Source: Escherichia coli (GTDB lineage: Bacteria > Pseudomonadota > Gammaproteobacteria > Enterobacterales > Enterobacteriaceae). Taken from it: a stretch of DNA of 64,000 nt. The DNA lies in assembly GCF_017348835.2 (NCBI RefSeq), contig NZ_CP071375.1. One strand, given 5' to 3'. The notes under the pieces are model-generated. The model was not told where the DNA came from, did no database searches, and saw only the letters and a list, made by a program, of their open reading frames with translations. Shown here piece by piece: positions 20,005-32,338 of this stretch (position 1 is its first letter; the number at the start of each line of letters is the position of its first letter). A program made the position numbers and the translations under genes.

Positions 20005-20020
20005 TGGCACACCCCTTGCT
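20005..20020 (+). promoter_or_regulatory. sigma54 promoter (TGGCAC-N5-TTGCT) for prpBCDE
   Basis: Exact -24/-12 consensus TGGCACaccccTTGCT about 45 bp upstream of the prpB ATG; adjacent sigma54 activator PrpR. Confidence 0.8.
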
Positions 20021-20066
20021 TTGTCTTTATCAACGAAAATAACAAGTTGATAACAAAGGATGGGCT

Positions 20067-20957
20067 ATGTCTCTACACTCTCCAGGTAAAGCGTTTCGCG
20101 CTGCACTGACTAAAGAAAATCCATTGCAGATTGTTGGCACCATTAACGCCAACCATGCGCTGTTGGCGCAGCGTGCCGGATATCAGGCAATTTATCTCTC
20201 CGGCGGTGGCGTGGCGGCAGGGTCGCTGGGGCTGCCCGATCTCGGTATTTCTACTCTTGATGACGTGCTGACAGATATTCGCCGTATCACCGACGTTTGT
20301 TCGCTGCCGCTGCTGGTGGATGCGGATATCGGTTTTGGTTCTTCGGCCTTTAACGTGGCGCGTACGGTGAAATCGATGATTAAAGCCGGTGCGGCAGGAT
20401 TGCATATTGAAGATCAGGTTGGTGCGAAACGCTGCGGTCATCGTCCGAATAAAGCGATCGTCTCGAAAGAGGAGATGGTGGATCGGATCCGCGCGGCGGT
20501 GGATGCGAAAACCGATCCTGATTTTGTGATCATGGCGCGCACCGATGCGCTGGCGGTTGAAGGACTGGATGCGGCGATTGAGCGTGCACAGGCCTATGTT
20601 GAAGCGGGTGCCGAGATGTTGTTCCCGGAGGCGATTACCGAACTCGCCATGTACCGCCAGTTTGCCGATGCGGTGCAGGTGCCAATCCTCGCCAACATTA
20701 CCGAATTTGGTGCCACGCCGCTGTTTACCACCGACGAATTACGCAGCGCCCATGTCGCAATGGCGCTGTACCCGCTTTCAGCGTTCCGCGCCATGAACCG
20801 TGCCGCTGAACATGTCTACAACGTCCTGCGCCAGGAAGGCACGCAGAAAAGCGTCATCGACACCATGCAGACCCGCAACGAGCTGTACGAAAGCATCAAC
20901 TACTACCAGTACGAAGCGAAGCTCGACGACCTGTTTGCCCGTAGCCAGGCGAAATAA
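20067..20957 (+). CDS. prpB: 2-methylisocitrate lyase
   Basis: 296 aa; recognised sequence and operon context. Confidence 0.92.
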   Translation: MSLHSPGKAFRAALTKENPLQIVGTINANHALLAQRAGYQAIYLSGGGVAAGSLGLPDLGISTLDDVLTDIRRITDVCSLPLLVDADIGFGSSAFNVARTVKSMIKAGAAGLHIEDQVGAKRCGHRPNKAIVSKEEMVDRIRAAVDAKTDPDFVIMARTDALAVEGLDAAIERAQAYVEAGAEMLFPEAITELAMYRQFADAVQVPILANITEFGATPLFTTDELRSAHVAMALYPLSAFRAMNRAAEHVYNVLRQEGTQKSVIDTMQTRNELYESINYYQYEAKLDDLFARSQAK

Positions 20958-20974
20958 AAAACGCCCGTTGATTG

Positions 20975-21080
20975 TATTCGACAGCCGATGCCTGATGCGT
21001 CGCTGACGCGAATTATCAGGCCTACGGGATGCACTGAACTGTAGGTCGGATAAGACGCATAGCGTCGCATCCGACAACAA
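20975..21080. repeat. REP element pair between prpB and prpC
   Basis: GCCTGATGCGTCGCTGACGCG...GTAGGTCGGATAAGACGCATAGCGTCGCATCCGAC palindromic units. Confidence 0.85.
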
Positions 21081-21117
21081 TCTCGACCCTACAAATGATA
21101 ACAATGACGAGGACAAC

Positions 21118-22287
21118 ATGAGCGACACAACGATCCTGCAAAACAGTACCCATGTCATTAAACCGAAAAAATCGGTGGCACTTTCTGGCGTTCCGGCGGG
21201 CAATACGGCGCTCTGCACCGTGGGTAAAAGTGGCAATGACTTGCATTACCGTGGCTACGATATTCTTGATCTGGCGGAACATTGCGAATTTGAAGAAGTG
21301 GCGCATCTGCTGATCCACGGCAAACTGCCGACCCGTGACGAACTCGCCGCCTACAAAACGAAACTGAAAGCCCTGCGCGGTTTACCGGCTAACGTGCGTA
21401 CCGTGCTGGAAGCCTTACCGGCGGCGTCACACCCGATGGATGTTATGCGCACCGGCGTTTCCGCGCTCGGCTGCACGCTGCCAGAAAAAGAGGGGCATAC
21501 CGTCTCTGGTGCGCGGGATATTGCCGACAAACTGCTGGCATCACTTAGCTCGATTCTCCTTTATTGGTATCACTACAGCCATAACGGCGAACGTATCCAG
21601 CCGGAAACCGATGACGACTCCATCGGCGGTCACTTCCTGCATCTGCTGCATGGCGAAAAGCCATCGCAAAGCTGGGAAAAGGCGATGCATATTTCGCTGG
21701 TGCTGTACGCCGAACACGAGTTTAACGCCTCCACCTTTACCAGCCGGGTGATTGCGGGTACTGGCTCTGATATGTATTCCGCGATTATTGGCGCGATTGG
21801 CGCACTGCGCGGGCCGAAACACGGCGGGGCGAATGAAGTCTCGCTGGAGATCCAGCAACGCTACGAAACGCCAGACGAAGCCGAAGCAGATATCCGCAAG
21901 CGCGTGGAAAACAAAGAAGTGGTCATTGGTTTTGGGCATCCGGTTTATACCATCGCCGACCCGCGCCACCAGGTGATTAAACGTGTGGCGAAGCAGCTCT
22001 CGCAGGAAGGCGGCTCGCTGAAGATGTACAACATCGCCGATCGTCTGGAAACGGTGATGTGGGAGAGCAAAAAGATGTTCCCCAATCTCGACTGGTTCTC
22101 CGCTGTTTCCTACAACATGATGGGCGTTCCCACCGAGATGTTCACACCACTGTTTGTTATCGCCCGCGTCACCGGCTGGGCGGCGCACATTATCGAACAA
22201 CGTCAGGACAACAAAATTATCCGTCCTTCCGCCAATTATGTTGGACCGGAAGACCGCCAGTTTGTCGCGCTGGATAAGCGCCAGTAA
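21118..22287 (+). CDS. prpC: 2-methylcitrate synthase
   Basis: 389 aa citrate-synthase family ORF in the prp operon. Confidence 0.92.
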   Translation: MSDTTILQNSTHVIKPKKSVALSGVPAGNTALCTVGKSGNDLHYRGYDILDLAEHCEFEEVAHLLIHGKLPTRDELAAYKTKLKALRGLPANVRTVLEALPAASHPMDVMRTGVSALGCTLPEKEGHTVSGARDIADKLLASLSSILLYWYHYSHNGERIQPETDDDSIGGHFLHLLHGEKPSQSWEKAMHISLVLYAEHEFNASTFTSRVIAGTGSDMYSAIIGAIGALRGPKHGGANEVSLEIQQRYETPDEAEADIRKRVENKEVVIGFGHPVYTIADPRHQVIKRVAKQLSQEGGSLKMYNIADRLETVMWESKKMFPNLDWFSAVSYNMMGVPTEMFTPLFVIARVTGWAAHIIEQRQDNKIIRPSANYVGPEDRQFVALDKRQ

Positions 22288-22320
22288 ACCTCTACGAATA
22301 ACAATAAGGAAACGTACCCA

Positions 22321-23772
22321 ATGTCAGCTCAAATCAACAACATCCGCCCGGAATTTGATCGTGAAATCGTTGATATCGTCGATTACGTGATGAACTACGA
22401 AATCAGCTCCAAAGTGGCCTACGACACCGCACATTACTGCCTGCTCGACACGCTCGGCTGCGGTCTTGAAGCTCTCGAATACCCAGCCTGTAAAAAACTG
22501 CTGGGGCCAATTGTCCCCGGCACCGTCGTACCTAACGGCGTGCGCGTCCCCGGAACTCAGTTCCAGCTCGACCCCGTCCAGGCGGCATTTAACATCGGCG
22601 CGATGATCCGTTGGCTCGATTTCAACGATACCTGGCTGGCGGCGGAGTGGGGGCATCCTTCCGACAACCTCGGCGGCATTCTGGCAACGGCAGACTGGCT
22701 TTCGCGCAACGCGGTCGCCTGCGGCAAAGCGCCGTTGACCATGAAACAGGTGCTGACCGCAATGATCAAAGCCCATGAAATTCAGGGCTGCATCGCGCTG
22801 GAAAACTCCTTTAACCGCGTCGGCCTCGACCACGTTCTGTTAGTGAAAGTGGCTTCCACCGCCGTGGTCGCCGAAATGCTCGGCCTGACCCGCGAGGAAA
22901 TTCTCAACGCTGTTTCGCTGGCGTGGGTGGACGGTCAGTCGCTGCGCACCTATCGCCATGCGCCGAACACCGGCACGCGTAAATCCTGGGCGGCGGGCGA
23001 TGCCACTTCCCGCGCGGTACGTCTGGCACTGATGGCGAAAACGGGCGAAATGGGTTACCCGTCAGCCCTGACCGCGCCGGTATGGGGCTTCTACGACGTC
23101 TCCTTTAAAGGTGAATCGTTCCGCTTCCAGCGTCCGTACGGTTCCTACGTTATGGAAAATGTGCTGTTCAAAATCTCCTTCCCGGCGGAGTTCCACTCCC
23201 AGACGGCAGTTGAAGCGGCGATGACGCTCTATGAACAGATGCAGGCAGCAGGCAAAACGGCGGCGGATATCGAAAAAGTGACCATTCGCACCCACGAAGC
23301 CTGTATTCGCATCATCGACAAAAAAGGGCCGCTCAATAACCCGGCAGACCGCGACCACTGCATTCAGTACATGGTGGCGATCCCGCTGTTATTCGGGCGC
23401 TTAACGGCGGCAGATTACGAAGACAACGTTGCGCAAGATAAACGCATTGATGCCCTGCGCGAGAAGATCAATTGCTTTGAAGATCCGGCATTTACCGCTG
23501 ACTACCACGACCCGGAAAAACGCGCCATCGCCAATGCCATTACCCTTGAGTTCACCGACGGCACACGATTTGAAGAAGTGGTGGTGGAGTACCCAATTGG
23601 TCATGCTCGCCGCCGTCAGGATGGCATTCCGAAGCTGGTGGATAAATTCAAAATCAATCTCGCGCGCCAGTTCCCGACTCGCCAGCAGCAGCGCATTCTG
23701 GAGGTTTCTCTCGACAGAGCTCGCCTGGAACAGATGCCGGTCAATGAGTATCTCGACCTGTACGTCATTTAA
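22321..23772 (+). CDS. prpD: 2-methylcitrate dehydratase
   Basis: 483 aa MmgE/PrpD family ORF. Confidence 0.92.
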   Translation: MSAQINNIRPEFDREIVDIVDYVMNYEISSKVAYDTAHYCLLDTLGCGLEALEYPACKKLLGPIVPGTVVPNGVRVPGTQFQLDPVQAAFNIGAMIRWLDFNDTWLAAEWGHPSDNLGGILATADWLSRNAVACGKAPLTMKQVLTAMIKAHEIQGCIALENSFNRVGLDHVLLVKVASTAVVAEMLGLTREEILNAVSLAWVDGQSLRTYRHAPNTGTRKSWAAGDATSRAVRLALMAKTGEMGYPSALTAPVWGFYDVSFKGESFRFQRPYGSYVMENVLFKISFPAEFHSQTAVEAAMTLYEQMQAAGKTAADIEKVTIRTHEACIRIIDKKGPLNNPADRDHCIQYMVAIPLLFGRLTAADYEDNVAQDKRIDALREKINCFEDPAFTADYHDPEKRAIANAITLEFTDGTRFEEVVVEYPIGHARRRQDGIPKLVDKFKINLARQFPTRQQQRILEVSLDRARLEQMPVNEYLDLYVI

Positions 23773-23811
23773 GTAAACGGCGGTAAGGCGTAAGTTCAAC
23801 AGGAGAGCATT

Positions 23812-25698
23812 ATGTCTTTTAGCGAATTTTATCAGCGTTCGATTAACGAACCGGAGCAGTTCTGGGCCGAGCAGGCCCGGCGTATTGACTGGCAGACGCC
23901 CTTTACGCAAACGCTTGATCACAGCAATCCGCCGTTTGCCCATTGGTTTTGTGAAGGCCGAACCAACTTGTGTCACAACGCTATCGACCGCTGGCTGGAG
24001 AAACAGCCAGAGGCGCTGGCGCTGATTGCCGTCTCTTCGGAAACAGAAGAAGAGCGCACCTTTACCTTTCGTCAGCTGCATGACGAAGTGAATGCGGTGG
24101 CGTCAATGCTGCGCTCGCTGGGCGTGCAGCGTGGCGATCGGGTGCTGGTGTATATGCCGATGATTGCCGAAGCGCATATTACCCTGCTGGCCTGCGCGCG
24201 CATTGGCGCTATTCATTCGGTGGTGTTTGGGGGATTTGCCTCGCACAGCGTGGCGGCGCGAATTGATGACGCTAAACCGGTGCTGATTGTCTCGGCTGAT
24301 GCCGGAGCGCGCGGTGGCAAAATCATTCCCTATAAAAAATTGCTCGACGATGCGATAAGTCAGGCGCAGCATCAGCCGCGCCACGTTTTGCTGGTGGATC
24401 GCGGACTGGCGAAAATAGCGCGCGTCAGCGGGCGGGATGTCGATTTCGCGTCGTTGCGCCATCAACACATCGGCGCGCGGGTGCCAGTGGCGTGGCTGGA
24501 ATCCAACGAAACCTCCTGCATTCTCTACACTTCCGGCACGACCGGCAAACCTAAAGGCGTGCAGCGTGACGTCGGCGGATATGCGGTGGCGCTGGCGACC
24601 TCGATGGACACCATTTTTGGCGGCAAAGCGGGCGGTGTGTTCTTTTGTGCTTCGGATATCGGCTGGGTGGTGGGGCATTCGTATATCGTCTACGCGCCGC
24701 TGCTGGCGGGGATGGCGACTATCGTTTACGAAGGATTACCGACCTGGCCGGACTGCGGCGTGTGGTGGAAAATCGTCGAGAAATATCAGGTTAGCCGGAT
24801 GTTCTCAGCGCCGACCGCCATTCGCGTACTGAAAAAATTCCCTACCGCTGAAATTCGCAAACACGATCTCTCGTCGCTGGAAGTGCTCTATCTGGCTGGA
24901 GAACCGCTGGACGAGCCGACCGCCAGTTGGGTGAGCAATACGCTGGATGTGCCGGTCATCGACAACTACTGGCAGACCGAATCCGGCTGGCCGATTATGG
25001 CGATTGCTCGCGGTCTGGACGACAGGCCGACGCGTCTGGGAAGCCCCGGCGTGCCGATGTATGGCTATAACGTGCAGTTGCTTAATGAAGTCACCGGCGA
25101 ACCGTGTGGCGTCAACGAGAAAGGGATGCTGGTGGTGGAAGGGCCGCTGCCTCCGGGTTGTATTCAGACCATCTGGGGCGACGACGACCGTTTTGTGAAG
25201 ACGTACTGGTCGTTGTTTTCCCGCCCGGTGTACGCCACTTTTGACTGGGGTATCCGCGATGCTGACGGTTATCACTTTATCCTCGGGCGCACTGATGATG
25301 TGATTAACGTTGCCGGGCATCGGCTGGGCACGCGCGAGATTGAAGAGAGTATTTCCAGTCATCCGGGCGTTGCCGAAGTGGCGGTGGTTGGGGTGAAAGA
25401 TGCGCTGAAAGGGCAGGTGGCGGTAGCGTTTGTCATTCCGAAAGAGAGCGACAGTCTGGAAGACCGAGACGTGGCGCACTCGCAAGAGAAGGCGATTATG
25501 GCACTGGTGGACAGCCAGATTGGCAACTTTGGCCGCCCGGCGCACGTCTGGTTTGTCTCGCAATTGCCGAAAACGCGATCAGGAAAAATGCTGCGCCGCA
25601 CGATCCAGGCGATTTGCGAAGGACGCGATCCTGGGGATCTGACGACCATTGATGATCCGGCGTCGTTGGATCAGATCCGCCAGGCGATGGCAGACTAA
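23812..25698 (+). CDS. prpE: propionyl-CoA synthetase
   Basis: 628 aa acyl-CoA synthetase with the AMP-binding motif YTSGTTGKPKG. Confidence 0.92.
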   Translation: MSFSEFYQRSINEPEQFWAEQARRIDWQTPFTQTLDHSNPPFAHWFCEGRTNLCHNAIDRWLEKQPEALALIAVSSETEEERTFTFRQLHDEVNAVASMLRSLGVQRGDRVLVYMPMIAEAHITLLACARIGAIHSVVFGGFASHSVAARIDDAKPVLIVSADAGARGGKIIPYKKLLDDAISQAQHQPRHVLLVDRGLAKIARVSGRDVDFASLRHQHIGARVPVAWLESNETSCILYTSGTTGKPKGVQRDVGGYAVALATSMDTIFGGKAGGVFFCASDIGWVVGHSYIVYAPLLAGMATIVYEGLPTWPDCGVWWKIVEKYQVSRMFSAPTAIRVLKKFPTAEIRKHDLSSLEVLYLAGEPLDEPTASWVSNTLDVPVIDNYWQTESGWPIMAIARGLDDRPTRLGSPGVPMYGYNVQLLNEVTGEPCGVNEKGMLVVEGPLPPGCIQTIWGDDDRFVKTYWSLFSRPVYATFDWGIRDADGYHFILGRTDDVINVAGHRLGTREIEESISSHPGVAEVAVVGVKDALKGQVAVAFVIPKESDSLEDRDVAHSQEKAIMALVDSQIGNFGRPAHVWFVSQLPKTRSGKMLRRTIQAICEGRDPGDLTTIDDPASLDQIRQAMAD

Positions 25699-25704
25699 GG
25701 TAAT

Positions 25705-26062
25705 GTCGGATGCGTCGCGTGGCGCATCCGACACCATGCGCCGATGCCTGATGCGACGCTGACGCGTCTTATCATGCCTACAGGTCTGAACCGTAGGTCG
25801 GATAAGGCGTTCGCGCCGCATCCGACACCGTGTGCAGATGCCTGATGCGACGCTGACGCGTCTTATCATGCCTACAGGCCTGAACCGTAGGTCGGATAAG
25901 GCGCTCGCGCCGCATCCGACACCGTGCGCAGATGCCTGATACGACGCAGGCGCGTCTTATCATGCCTACAGGCCTGAACCGCAGGTCGGATAAGGCGTTC
26001 GCGCCGCATCCGACACCATGCGCCGATGCCTGATGCGACGCTGGCGCGTCTTATCATGCCTG
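25705..26062. repeat. BIME/REP array (about four units) between prpE and codB
   Basis: Repeated CCGATGCCTGATGCGACGCTGACGCGTCTTATCATGCCTACAGG...GTAGGTCGGATAAGGCG units; generates nested spurious ORFs on the minus strand. Confidence 0.9.
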
Positions 26063-26132
26063 CCCACTGTTTTTACACCGATAATTTTCCCCCACCTTTT
26101 TGCACTCATTCATATAAAAAATATATTTCCCC

Positions 26133-26146
26133 ACGAAAACGATTGC
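26133..26146. promoter_or_regulatory. PurR-box-like sequence ACGAAAACGATTGC upstream of codB
   Basis: Matches the PUR-box core (ACGCAAACGTTTGC-like) by eye; codBA is a known PurR target. Confidence 0.45.
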
Positions 26147-26214
26147 TTTTTATCTTCAGATGAATAGAATGCGGCGGATTTTTTGGGTTTCAAACAGCAA
26201 AAAGGGGGAATTTC

Positions 26215-27474
26215 GTGTCGCAAGATAACAACTTTAGCCAGGGGCCAGTCCCGCAGTCGGCGCGGAAAGGGGTATTGGCATTGACGTTCGTCATGCTGGG
26301 ATTAACCTTCTTTTCCGCCAGTATGTGGACCGGCGGCACTCTCGGAACCGGTCTTAGCTATCATGATTTCTTCCTCGCAGTTCTCATCGGTAATCTTCTC
26401 CTCGGTATTTACACTTCATTTCTCGGTTACATTGGCGCAAAAACCGGCCTGACCACTCATCTTCTTGCTCGCTTCTCGTTTGGTGTTAAAGGCTCATGGC
26501 TGCCTTCACTGCTGCTGGGCGGCACCCAGGTTGGCTGGTTTGGCGTTGGCGTGGCGATGTTTGCTATTCCGGTGGGCAAGGCAACCGGGCTGGATATTAA
26601 TTTGCTGATTGCCGTTTCCGGTTTACTGATGACCGTCACCGTCTTCTTTGGCATTTCGGCGCTGACGGTTCTTTCGGTGATTGCGGTTCCGGCTATTGCC
26701 TGCCTTGGCGGTTATTCCGTGTGGCTGGCCGTTAACGACATGGGCGGTCTGGACGCATTAAAAGCGGTCGTTCCCGCACAACCGTTAGATTTCAATGTCG
26801 CGCTGGCGCTGGTTGTGGGGTCATTTATCAGCGCGGGTACGCTCACCGCTGACTTTGTCCGCTTTGGTCGCAATGCCAAACTGGCGGTGCTGGTGGCGAT
26901 GGTGGCCTTTTTCCTCGGCAACTCGTTGATGTTTATTTTCGGTGCAGCGGGCGCTGCGGCACTGGGGATGGCGGATATCTCTGATGTGATGATTGCTCAG
27001 GGCCTGCTGTTGCCTGCGATTGTGGTGCTGGGGCTAAATATCTGGACCACCAACGATAACGCGCTCTATGCGTCGGGTTTAGGTTTCGCCAACATTACCG
27101 GGATGTCGAGCAAAACCCTTTCGGTAATCAACGGTATTATCGGTACGGTCTGTGCATTATGGCTGTATAACAATTTTGTCGGCTGGTTGACCTTCCTTTC
27201 GGCAGCTATTCCTCCAGTGGGTGGCGTGATCATTGCCGACTATCTGATGAACCGTCGCCGCTATGAGCACTTTGCGACCACGCGTATGATGAGTGTCAAT
27301 TGGGTGGCGATTCTGGCGGTCGCCTTGGGGATTGCCGCAGGCCACTGGTTACCGGGAATTGTTCCGGTCAACGCAGTATTAGGTGGCGCGCTGAGCTATC
27401 TGATCCTTAACCCGATTTTGAATCGTAAAACGACAGCAGCAATGACGCATGTGGAGGCTAACAGTGTCGAATAA
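26215..27474 (+). CDS. codB: cytosine permease (GTG start)
   Basis: 419 aa, 12-TM NCS1 family; N-terminus [19 protein letters not shown]. Confidence 0.92.
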   Translation: MSQDNNFSQGPVPQSARKGVLALTFVMLGLTFFSASMWTGGTLGTGLSYHDFFLAVLIGNLLLGIYTSFLGYIGAKTGLTTHLLARFSFGVKGSWLPSLLLGGTQVGWFGVGVAMFAIPVGKATGLDINLLIAVSGLLMTVTVFFGISALTVLSVIAVPAIACLGGYSVWLAVNDMGGLDALKAVVPAQPLDFNVALALVVGSFISAGTLTADFVRFGRNAKLAVLVAMVAFFLGNSLMFIFGAAGAAALGMADISDVMIAQGLLLPAIVVLGLNIWTTNDNALYASGLGFANITGMSSKTLSVINGIIGTVCALWLYNNFVGWLTFLSAAIPPVGGVIIADYLMNRRRYEHFATTRMMSVNWVAILAVALGIAAGHWLPGIVPVNAVLGGALSYLILNPILNRKTTAAMTHVEANSVE

Positions 27475-28747
27475 CGCTTTACAAACAATTATTAACGCCC
27501 GGTTACCCGGCAAAGAGGGGCTGTGGCAGATTCATTTTCACGACGGAAAAATCAGCGCCATTGATGCGCAATCCGGCGTGATGCCCGTAACTGAAAACAG
27601 CCTTGATGCCGAACAAGGTTTAGTTATACCGCCATTTGTGGAGCCGCATATTCACCTGGACACCACGCAAACCGCCGGACAACCGAACTGGAATCAGTCT
27701 GGCACGCTGTTCGAAGGCATTGAACGCTGGGCCGAGCGCAAAGCGTTATTAACCCATGACGATGTGAAACAACGCGCATGGCAAACGCTGAAATGGCAGA
27801 TTGCCAACGGCATTCAGCATGTGCGTACCCATGTCGATGTTTCGGATGCAACGCTAACTGCGCTGAAAGCAATGCTGGAAGTGAAGCAGGAAGTCGCGCC
27901 GTGGATTGATCTGCAAATCGTCGCCTTCCCTCAGGAAGGGATTTTGTCGTATCCCAACGGTGAAGCGTTGCTGGAAGAGGCGTTACGCTTAGGGGCAGAT
28001 GTAGTGGGGGCGATTCCGCATTTTGAATTTACCCGCGAATACGGCGTGGAGTCGCTGCATAAAACCTTCGCCCTGGCGCAAAAATACGACCGTCTCATCG
28101 ACGTTCACTGTGATGAGATCGATGACGAGCAGTCGCGCTTTGTCGAAACCGTTGCTGCCCTGGCGCACCGTGAAGGCATGGGCGCGCGAGTCACCGCCAG
28201 CCACACCACGGCAATGCACTCCTATAACGGGGCGTATACCTCGCGCCTGTTCCGCTTGCTGAAAATGTCCGGTATTAACTTTGTCGCCAACCCGCTGGTC
28301 AATATTCATCTGCAAGGACGTTTCGATACGTATCCAAAACGTCGCGGCATCACGCGCGTTAAAGAGATGCTGGAGTCCGGCATTAACGTCTGCTTTGGTC
28401 ACGATGATGTCTTCGATCCGTGGTATCCGCTGGGAACGGCGAATATGCTGCAAGTGCTGCATATGGGGCTGCATGTTTGCCAGTTGATGGGCTACGGGCA
28501 GATTAACGATGGCCTGAATTTAATCACCCACCACAGTGCCAGAACGTTGAATTTGCAGGATTACGGCATTGCCGCCGGAAACAGCGCCAACCTGATTATC
28601 CTGCCGGCTGAAAATGGATTTGATGCGCTGCGCCGTCAGGTTCCGGTACGTTATTCTGTACGTGGCGGCAAGGTGATTGCCAGCACACAACCGGCACAAA
28701 CCACCGTATATCTGGAGCAGCCAGAAGCCATCGATTACAAACGGTGA
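27464..28747 (+). CDS. codA: cytosine deaminase (GTG start, 427 aa)
   Basis: ORF 27449..28747; GTG at 27464 gives [16 protein letters not shown]; overlaps the codB 3' end. Confidence 0.92.
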   Translation: MSNNALQTIINARLPGKEGLWQIHFHDGKISAIDAQSGVMPVTENSLDAEQGLVIPPFVEPHIHLDTTQTAGQPNWNQSGTLFEGIERWAERKALLTHDDVKQRAWQTLKWQIANGIQHVRTHVDVSDATLTALKAMLEVKQEVAPWIDLQIVAFPQEGILSYPNGEALLEEALRLGADVVGAIPHFEFTREYGVESLHKTFALAQKYDRLIDVHCDEIDDEQSRFVETVAALAHREGMGARVTASHTTAMHSYNGAYTSRLFRLLKMSGINFVANPLVNIHLQGRFDTYPKRRGITRVKEMLESGINVCFGHDDVFDPWYPLGTANMLQVLHMGLHVCQLMGYGQINDGLNLITHHSARTLNLQDYGIAAGNSANLIILPAENGFDALRRQVPVRYSVRGGKVIASTQPAQTTVYLEQPEAIDYKR

Positions 28748-28779
28748 TCGGCTGGGCTGTGTGTTGACAAAGCGAGCGT

Positions 28780-28870
28780 AGTTTATGCCGGATGCGGCGT
28801 GAACGCCTTATCCGGCCTACGTAGAGCACTGAACTCGTAGGCCTGATAAGCGTAGCGCATCAGGCAATTG
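28780..28870. repeat. REP pair between codA and cynR
   Basis: GCCGGATGCGGCGTGAACGCCTTATCCGGCCTAC ... GTAGGCCTGATAAGCGTAGCGCATCAGGC. Confidence 0.85.
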
Positions 28871-28879
28871 TGTCAGTGG

Positions 28880-29779
28880 CTACCGTGATTCATTCCCGCC
28901 AACATCCGCGCATTCCTCCAATGCCATGTGCAAAAATGCCTTCGCAGCGGCAGTCTGCCAGCTATTTTTCCGCCGCAACAAAACCGCCGTTCTCTCCAGT
29001 AGTGGCGGGGCAAGAGAAATAGCTTTAAGCCCGTCATGTTGTGTGGCAATCGCTGCTGGTAACAATGTGGAAAGGGAAGTGCGGCGAATCAGCTCCAGAA
29101 CCGCGCTAATTGAGTTCGCCTCAATGACCACCTGTGGATGTAGCCCCGCTTTCTCGCAGTAGTGGTCAATTTGCTCTCTGGTGGCAAATTCCGCGCTGAG
29201 CAGGACCAGCTTTTCATCATGCAAGCGACTCAACGCCACCTGTTCACAGGCAGCCAGCGGATGATGTTGCGCCACGACTAACGCTAAACTTTCTGTCAGT
29301 AAAGGAATTGCCTCCAGCTCCGGCGAATGCACAGGCGCGAAGGCAATCCCAACGTCCAACTCGTCGCGACAAAGCAGATCTTCGATTTTCTCCTGCGACA
29401 TTTCCTGTAGCTGGAGCGTGATGCCGGGGTAGCGCGCATAGAAATCCGCCATTAAAGGGCCGATAAAGTAGCTTGTAAAGGTGGGAGTGACGGCGATACG
29501 CAGCGATCCTCGCGTCAGATCGGCAACATCATGAATCGCCCGTTTACCCGCTCCCAGTTCCTGTAACGCCTGGCTGGCGTACTGTCGCCAGACTTCTCCT
29601 GCATCAGTGAGACGAATCGTTCGCCCGCTACGGTCAAACAGCGGCACGCCTAAACTCTCCTCTAACTGGCGAATCTGCTGAGAAAGCGCAGGCTGGGAGA
29701 CGTGCAACGCACTGGCTGCACGGGTGAAGCTGCCATGTTCAGCCACGGCAAGAAAGTAATTGATATGTCGAGAGAGCAT
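28880..29779 (-). CDS. cynR: LysR-family activator of the cyn operon (299 aa)
   Basis: ORF 28880..29803; start [36 protein letters not shown] at 29779. Confidence 0.9.
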   Translation of the reverse strand: MLSRHINYFLAVAEHGSFTRAASALHVSQPALSQQIRQLEESLGVPLFDRSGRTIRLTDAGEVWRQYASQALQELGAGKRAIHDVADLTRGSLRIAVTPTFTSYFIGPLMADFYARYPGITLQLQEMSQEKIEDLLCRDELDVGIAFAPVHSPELEAIPLLTESLALVVAQHHPLAACEQVALSRLHDEKLVLLSAEFATREQIDHYCEKAGLHPQVVIEANSISAVLELIRRTSLSTLLPAAIATQHDGLKAISLAPPLLERTAVLLRRKNSWQTAAAKAFLHMALEECADVGGNESR

Positions 29780-29888
29780 TCGCCAACCTATAAGTAAATC
29801 CAATAGAACTCATCATAAATGAGACTTTTACCTTATGACAATCGGCGAGTAGTCTGCCTCTCATTCCAGAGACAGACAGAGGTTAACG

Positions 29889-30548
29889 GTGAAAGAGATT
29901 ATTGATGGATTCCTTAAATTCCAGCGCGAGGCATTTCCGAAGCGGGAAGCCTTGTTTAAACAGCTGGCGACACAGCAAAGCCCGCGCACACTTTTTATCT
30001 CCTGCTCCGACAGCCGTCTGGTCCCTGAGCTGGTGACGCAACGTGAGCCTGGCGATCTGTTCGTTATTCGCAACGCGGGCAATATCGTCCCTTCCTACGG
30101 GCCGGAACCCGGTGGCGTTTCTGCTTCGGTGGAGTATGCCGTCGCTGCGCTTCGGGTATCTGACATTGTGATTTGCGGTCATTCCAACTGTGGCGCGATG
30201 ACCGCCATTGCCAACTGTCAGTGCATGGACCATATGCCTGCCGTCTCCCACTGGCTGCGTTATGCCGATTCAGCCCGCGTCGTTAATGAGGCGCGCCCGC
30301 ATTCCGATTTACCGTCAAAAGCTGCGGCGATGGTACGTGAAAACGTCATTGCTCAGTTGGCTAATTTGCAAACTCATCCATCGGTGCGCCTGGCGCTCGA
30401 AGAGGGGCGGATCGCCCTGCACGGCTGGGTCTACGACATTGAAAGCGGCAGCATCGCAGCGTTTGACGGCGCAACCCGCCAGTTTGTGCCACTGGCCGCT
30501 AATCCTCGCGTTTGTGCCATACCGCTACGCCAACCGACCGCAGCGTAA
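29889..30548 (+). CDS. cynT: beta-class carbonic anhydrase
   Basis: 219 aa; beta-class carbonic anhydrase family by reading and cyn operon context. Confidence 0.92.
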   Translation: MKEIIDGFLKFQREAFPKREALFKQLATQQSPRTLFISCSDSRLVPELVTQREPGDLFVIRNAGNIVPSYGPEPGGVSASVEYAVAALRVSDIVICGHSNCGAMTAIANCQCMDHMPAVSHWLRYADSARVVNEARPHSDLPSKAAAMVRENVIAQLANLQTHPSVRLALEEGRIALHGWVYDIESGSIAAFDGATRQFVPLAANPRVCAIPLRQPTAA

Positions 30549-30560
30549 CCTTATTTTTAA

Positions 30561-31049
<489 letters not shown>

Positions 31050-31081
31050 CAGCCATGCGCAACCATCAAAAGACGTTCACG

Positions 31082-32236
31082 ATGCTGCTGGTTCTGGTGC
31101 TGATTGGTCTTAATATGCGACCACTGCTCACCTCCGTCGGGCCACTGCTACCGCAATTGCGCCAGGCAAGCGGAATGAGCTTTAGCGTGGCTGCCCTGTT
31201 GACCGCTCTTCCGGTGGTCACCATGGGCGGGCTGGCGCTGGCCGGAAGCTGGCTTCATCAGCATGTCAGCGAACGTCGCAGCGTCGCCATCAGTTTGTTG
31301 CTGATTGCCGTCGGTGCATTGATGCGTGAGCTTTACCCCCAAAGTGCGCTGCTGCTTAGCAGCGCACTGCTTGGTGGGGTGGGGATCGGCATCATTCAGG
31401 CGGTGATGCCTTCGGTGATTAAACGGCGGTTTCAGCAGCGCACGCCACTGGTGATGGGGCTGTGGTCCGCGGCTCTGATGGGCGGCGGTGGACTTGGCGC
31501 CGCCCTGACGCCCTGGTTAGTTCAACATAGCGAAACCTGGTATCAAACACTCGCCTGGTGGGCGCTGCCTGCCGTTGTTGCGCTCTTTGCCTGGTGGTGG
31601 CAAAGCGCCCGCGAGGTCGCCTCTTCCCACAAGACAACAACCACTCCGGTTCGCGTGGTATTTACTCCCCGCGCGTGGACGCTGGGTGTTTACTTCGGTC
31701 TGATTAACGGTGGTTACGCCAGCCTGATTGCCTGGTTACCCGCCTTCTATATTGAGATTGGTGCCAGCGCGCAGTACAGCGGTTCCTTGCTGGCATTGAT
31801 GACGCTTGGGCAAGCCGCAGGAGCTTTGCTGATGCCTGCTATGGCTCGCCATCAGGATCGGCGCAAACTGTTAATGCTGGCGCTGGTGTTACAACTGGTG
31901 AGGTTCTGCGGCTTTATCTGGCTGCCGCTGCAATTGCCGGTATTGTGGGCGATGGTGTGTGGGTTAGGTCTGGGTGGCGCGTTTCCGCTCTGTTTGCTGC
32001 TGGCGCTCGATCACTCTGCGCAACCAGCTATTGCTGGCAAGCTGGTGGCGTTTATGCAGGGGATCGGTTTTATCATCGCCGGGCTTGCCCCGTGGTTTTC
32101 TGGTGTGCTGCGTAGTATCAGCGGCAATTACCTGATGGACTGGGCATTTCATACGCTGTGCGTCGTTGGGCTGATGATCATAACCCTGCGCTTTGCACCA
32201 GCACGTTTTCCGCAGCTGTGGGTCAAAGAGGCATGA
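31082..32236 (+). CDS. cynX: MFS cyanate transporter (384 aa)
   Basis: ORF 31055..32236; start MLLVLVLIGLNMRPLL at 31082. Confidence 0.88.
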   Translation: MLLVLVLIGLNMRPLLTSVGPLLPQLRQASGMSFSVAALLTALPVVTMGGLALAGSWLHQHVSERRSVAISLLLIAVGALMRELYPQSALLLSSALLGGVGIGIIQAVMPSVIKRRFQQRTPLVMGLWSAALMGGGGLGAALTPWLVQHSETWYQTLAWWALPAVVALFAWWWQSAREVASSHKTTTTPVRVVFTPRAWTLGVYFGLINGGYASLIAWLPAFYIEIGASAQYSGSLLALMTLGQAAGALLMPAMARHQDRRKLLMLALVLQLVRFCGFIWLPLQLPVLWAMVCGLGLGGAFPLCLLLALDHSAQPAIAGKLVAFMQGIGFIIAGLAPWFSGVLRSISGNYLMDWAFHTLCVVGLMIITLRFAPARFPQLWVKEA

Positions 32237-32239
32237 TGC

Positions 32240-32332
32240 GACGCTTGTTCCTGCGCTTTGTTCATGCCGGATGCGGCTAACGTAGATCACTGAACTTGTA
32301 GGCCTGATAAGCGCAGCGCATCAGGCAATTTT
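32240..32332. repeat. REP pair between cynX and lacA
   Basis: GCCGGATGCGGCTAACG...GTAGGCCTGATAAGCGCAGCGCATCAGGC. Confidence 0.8.
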
Positions 32333-32338
32333 TATAAT

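Noticed and set aside
25579-26057. Three nested minus-strand ORFs of 61-96 aa with MIRR..VASGI..CRMRRERLIRPT peptides
   Set aside because: REP array artefacts between prpE and codB.
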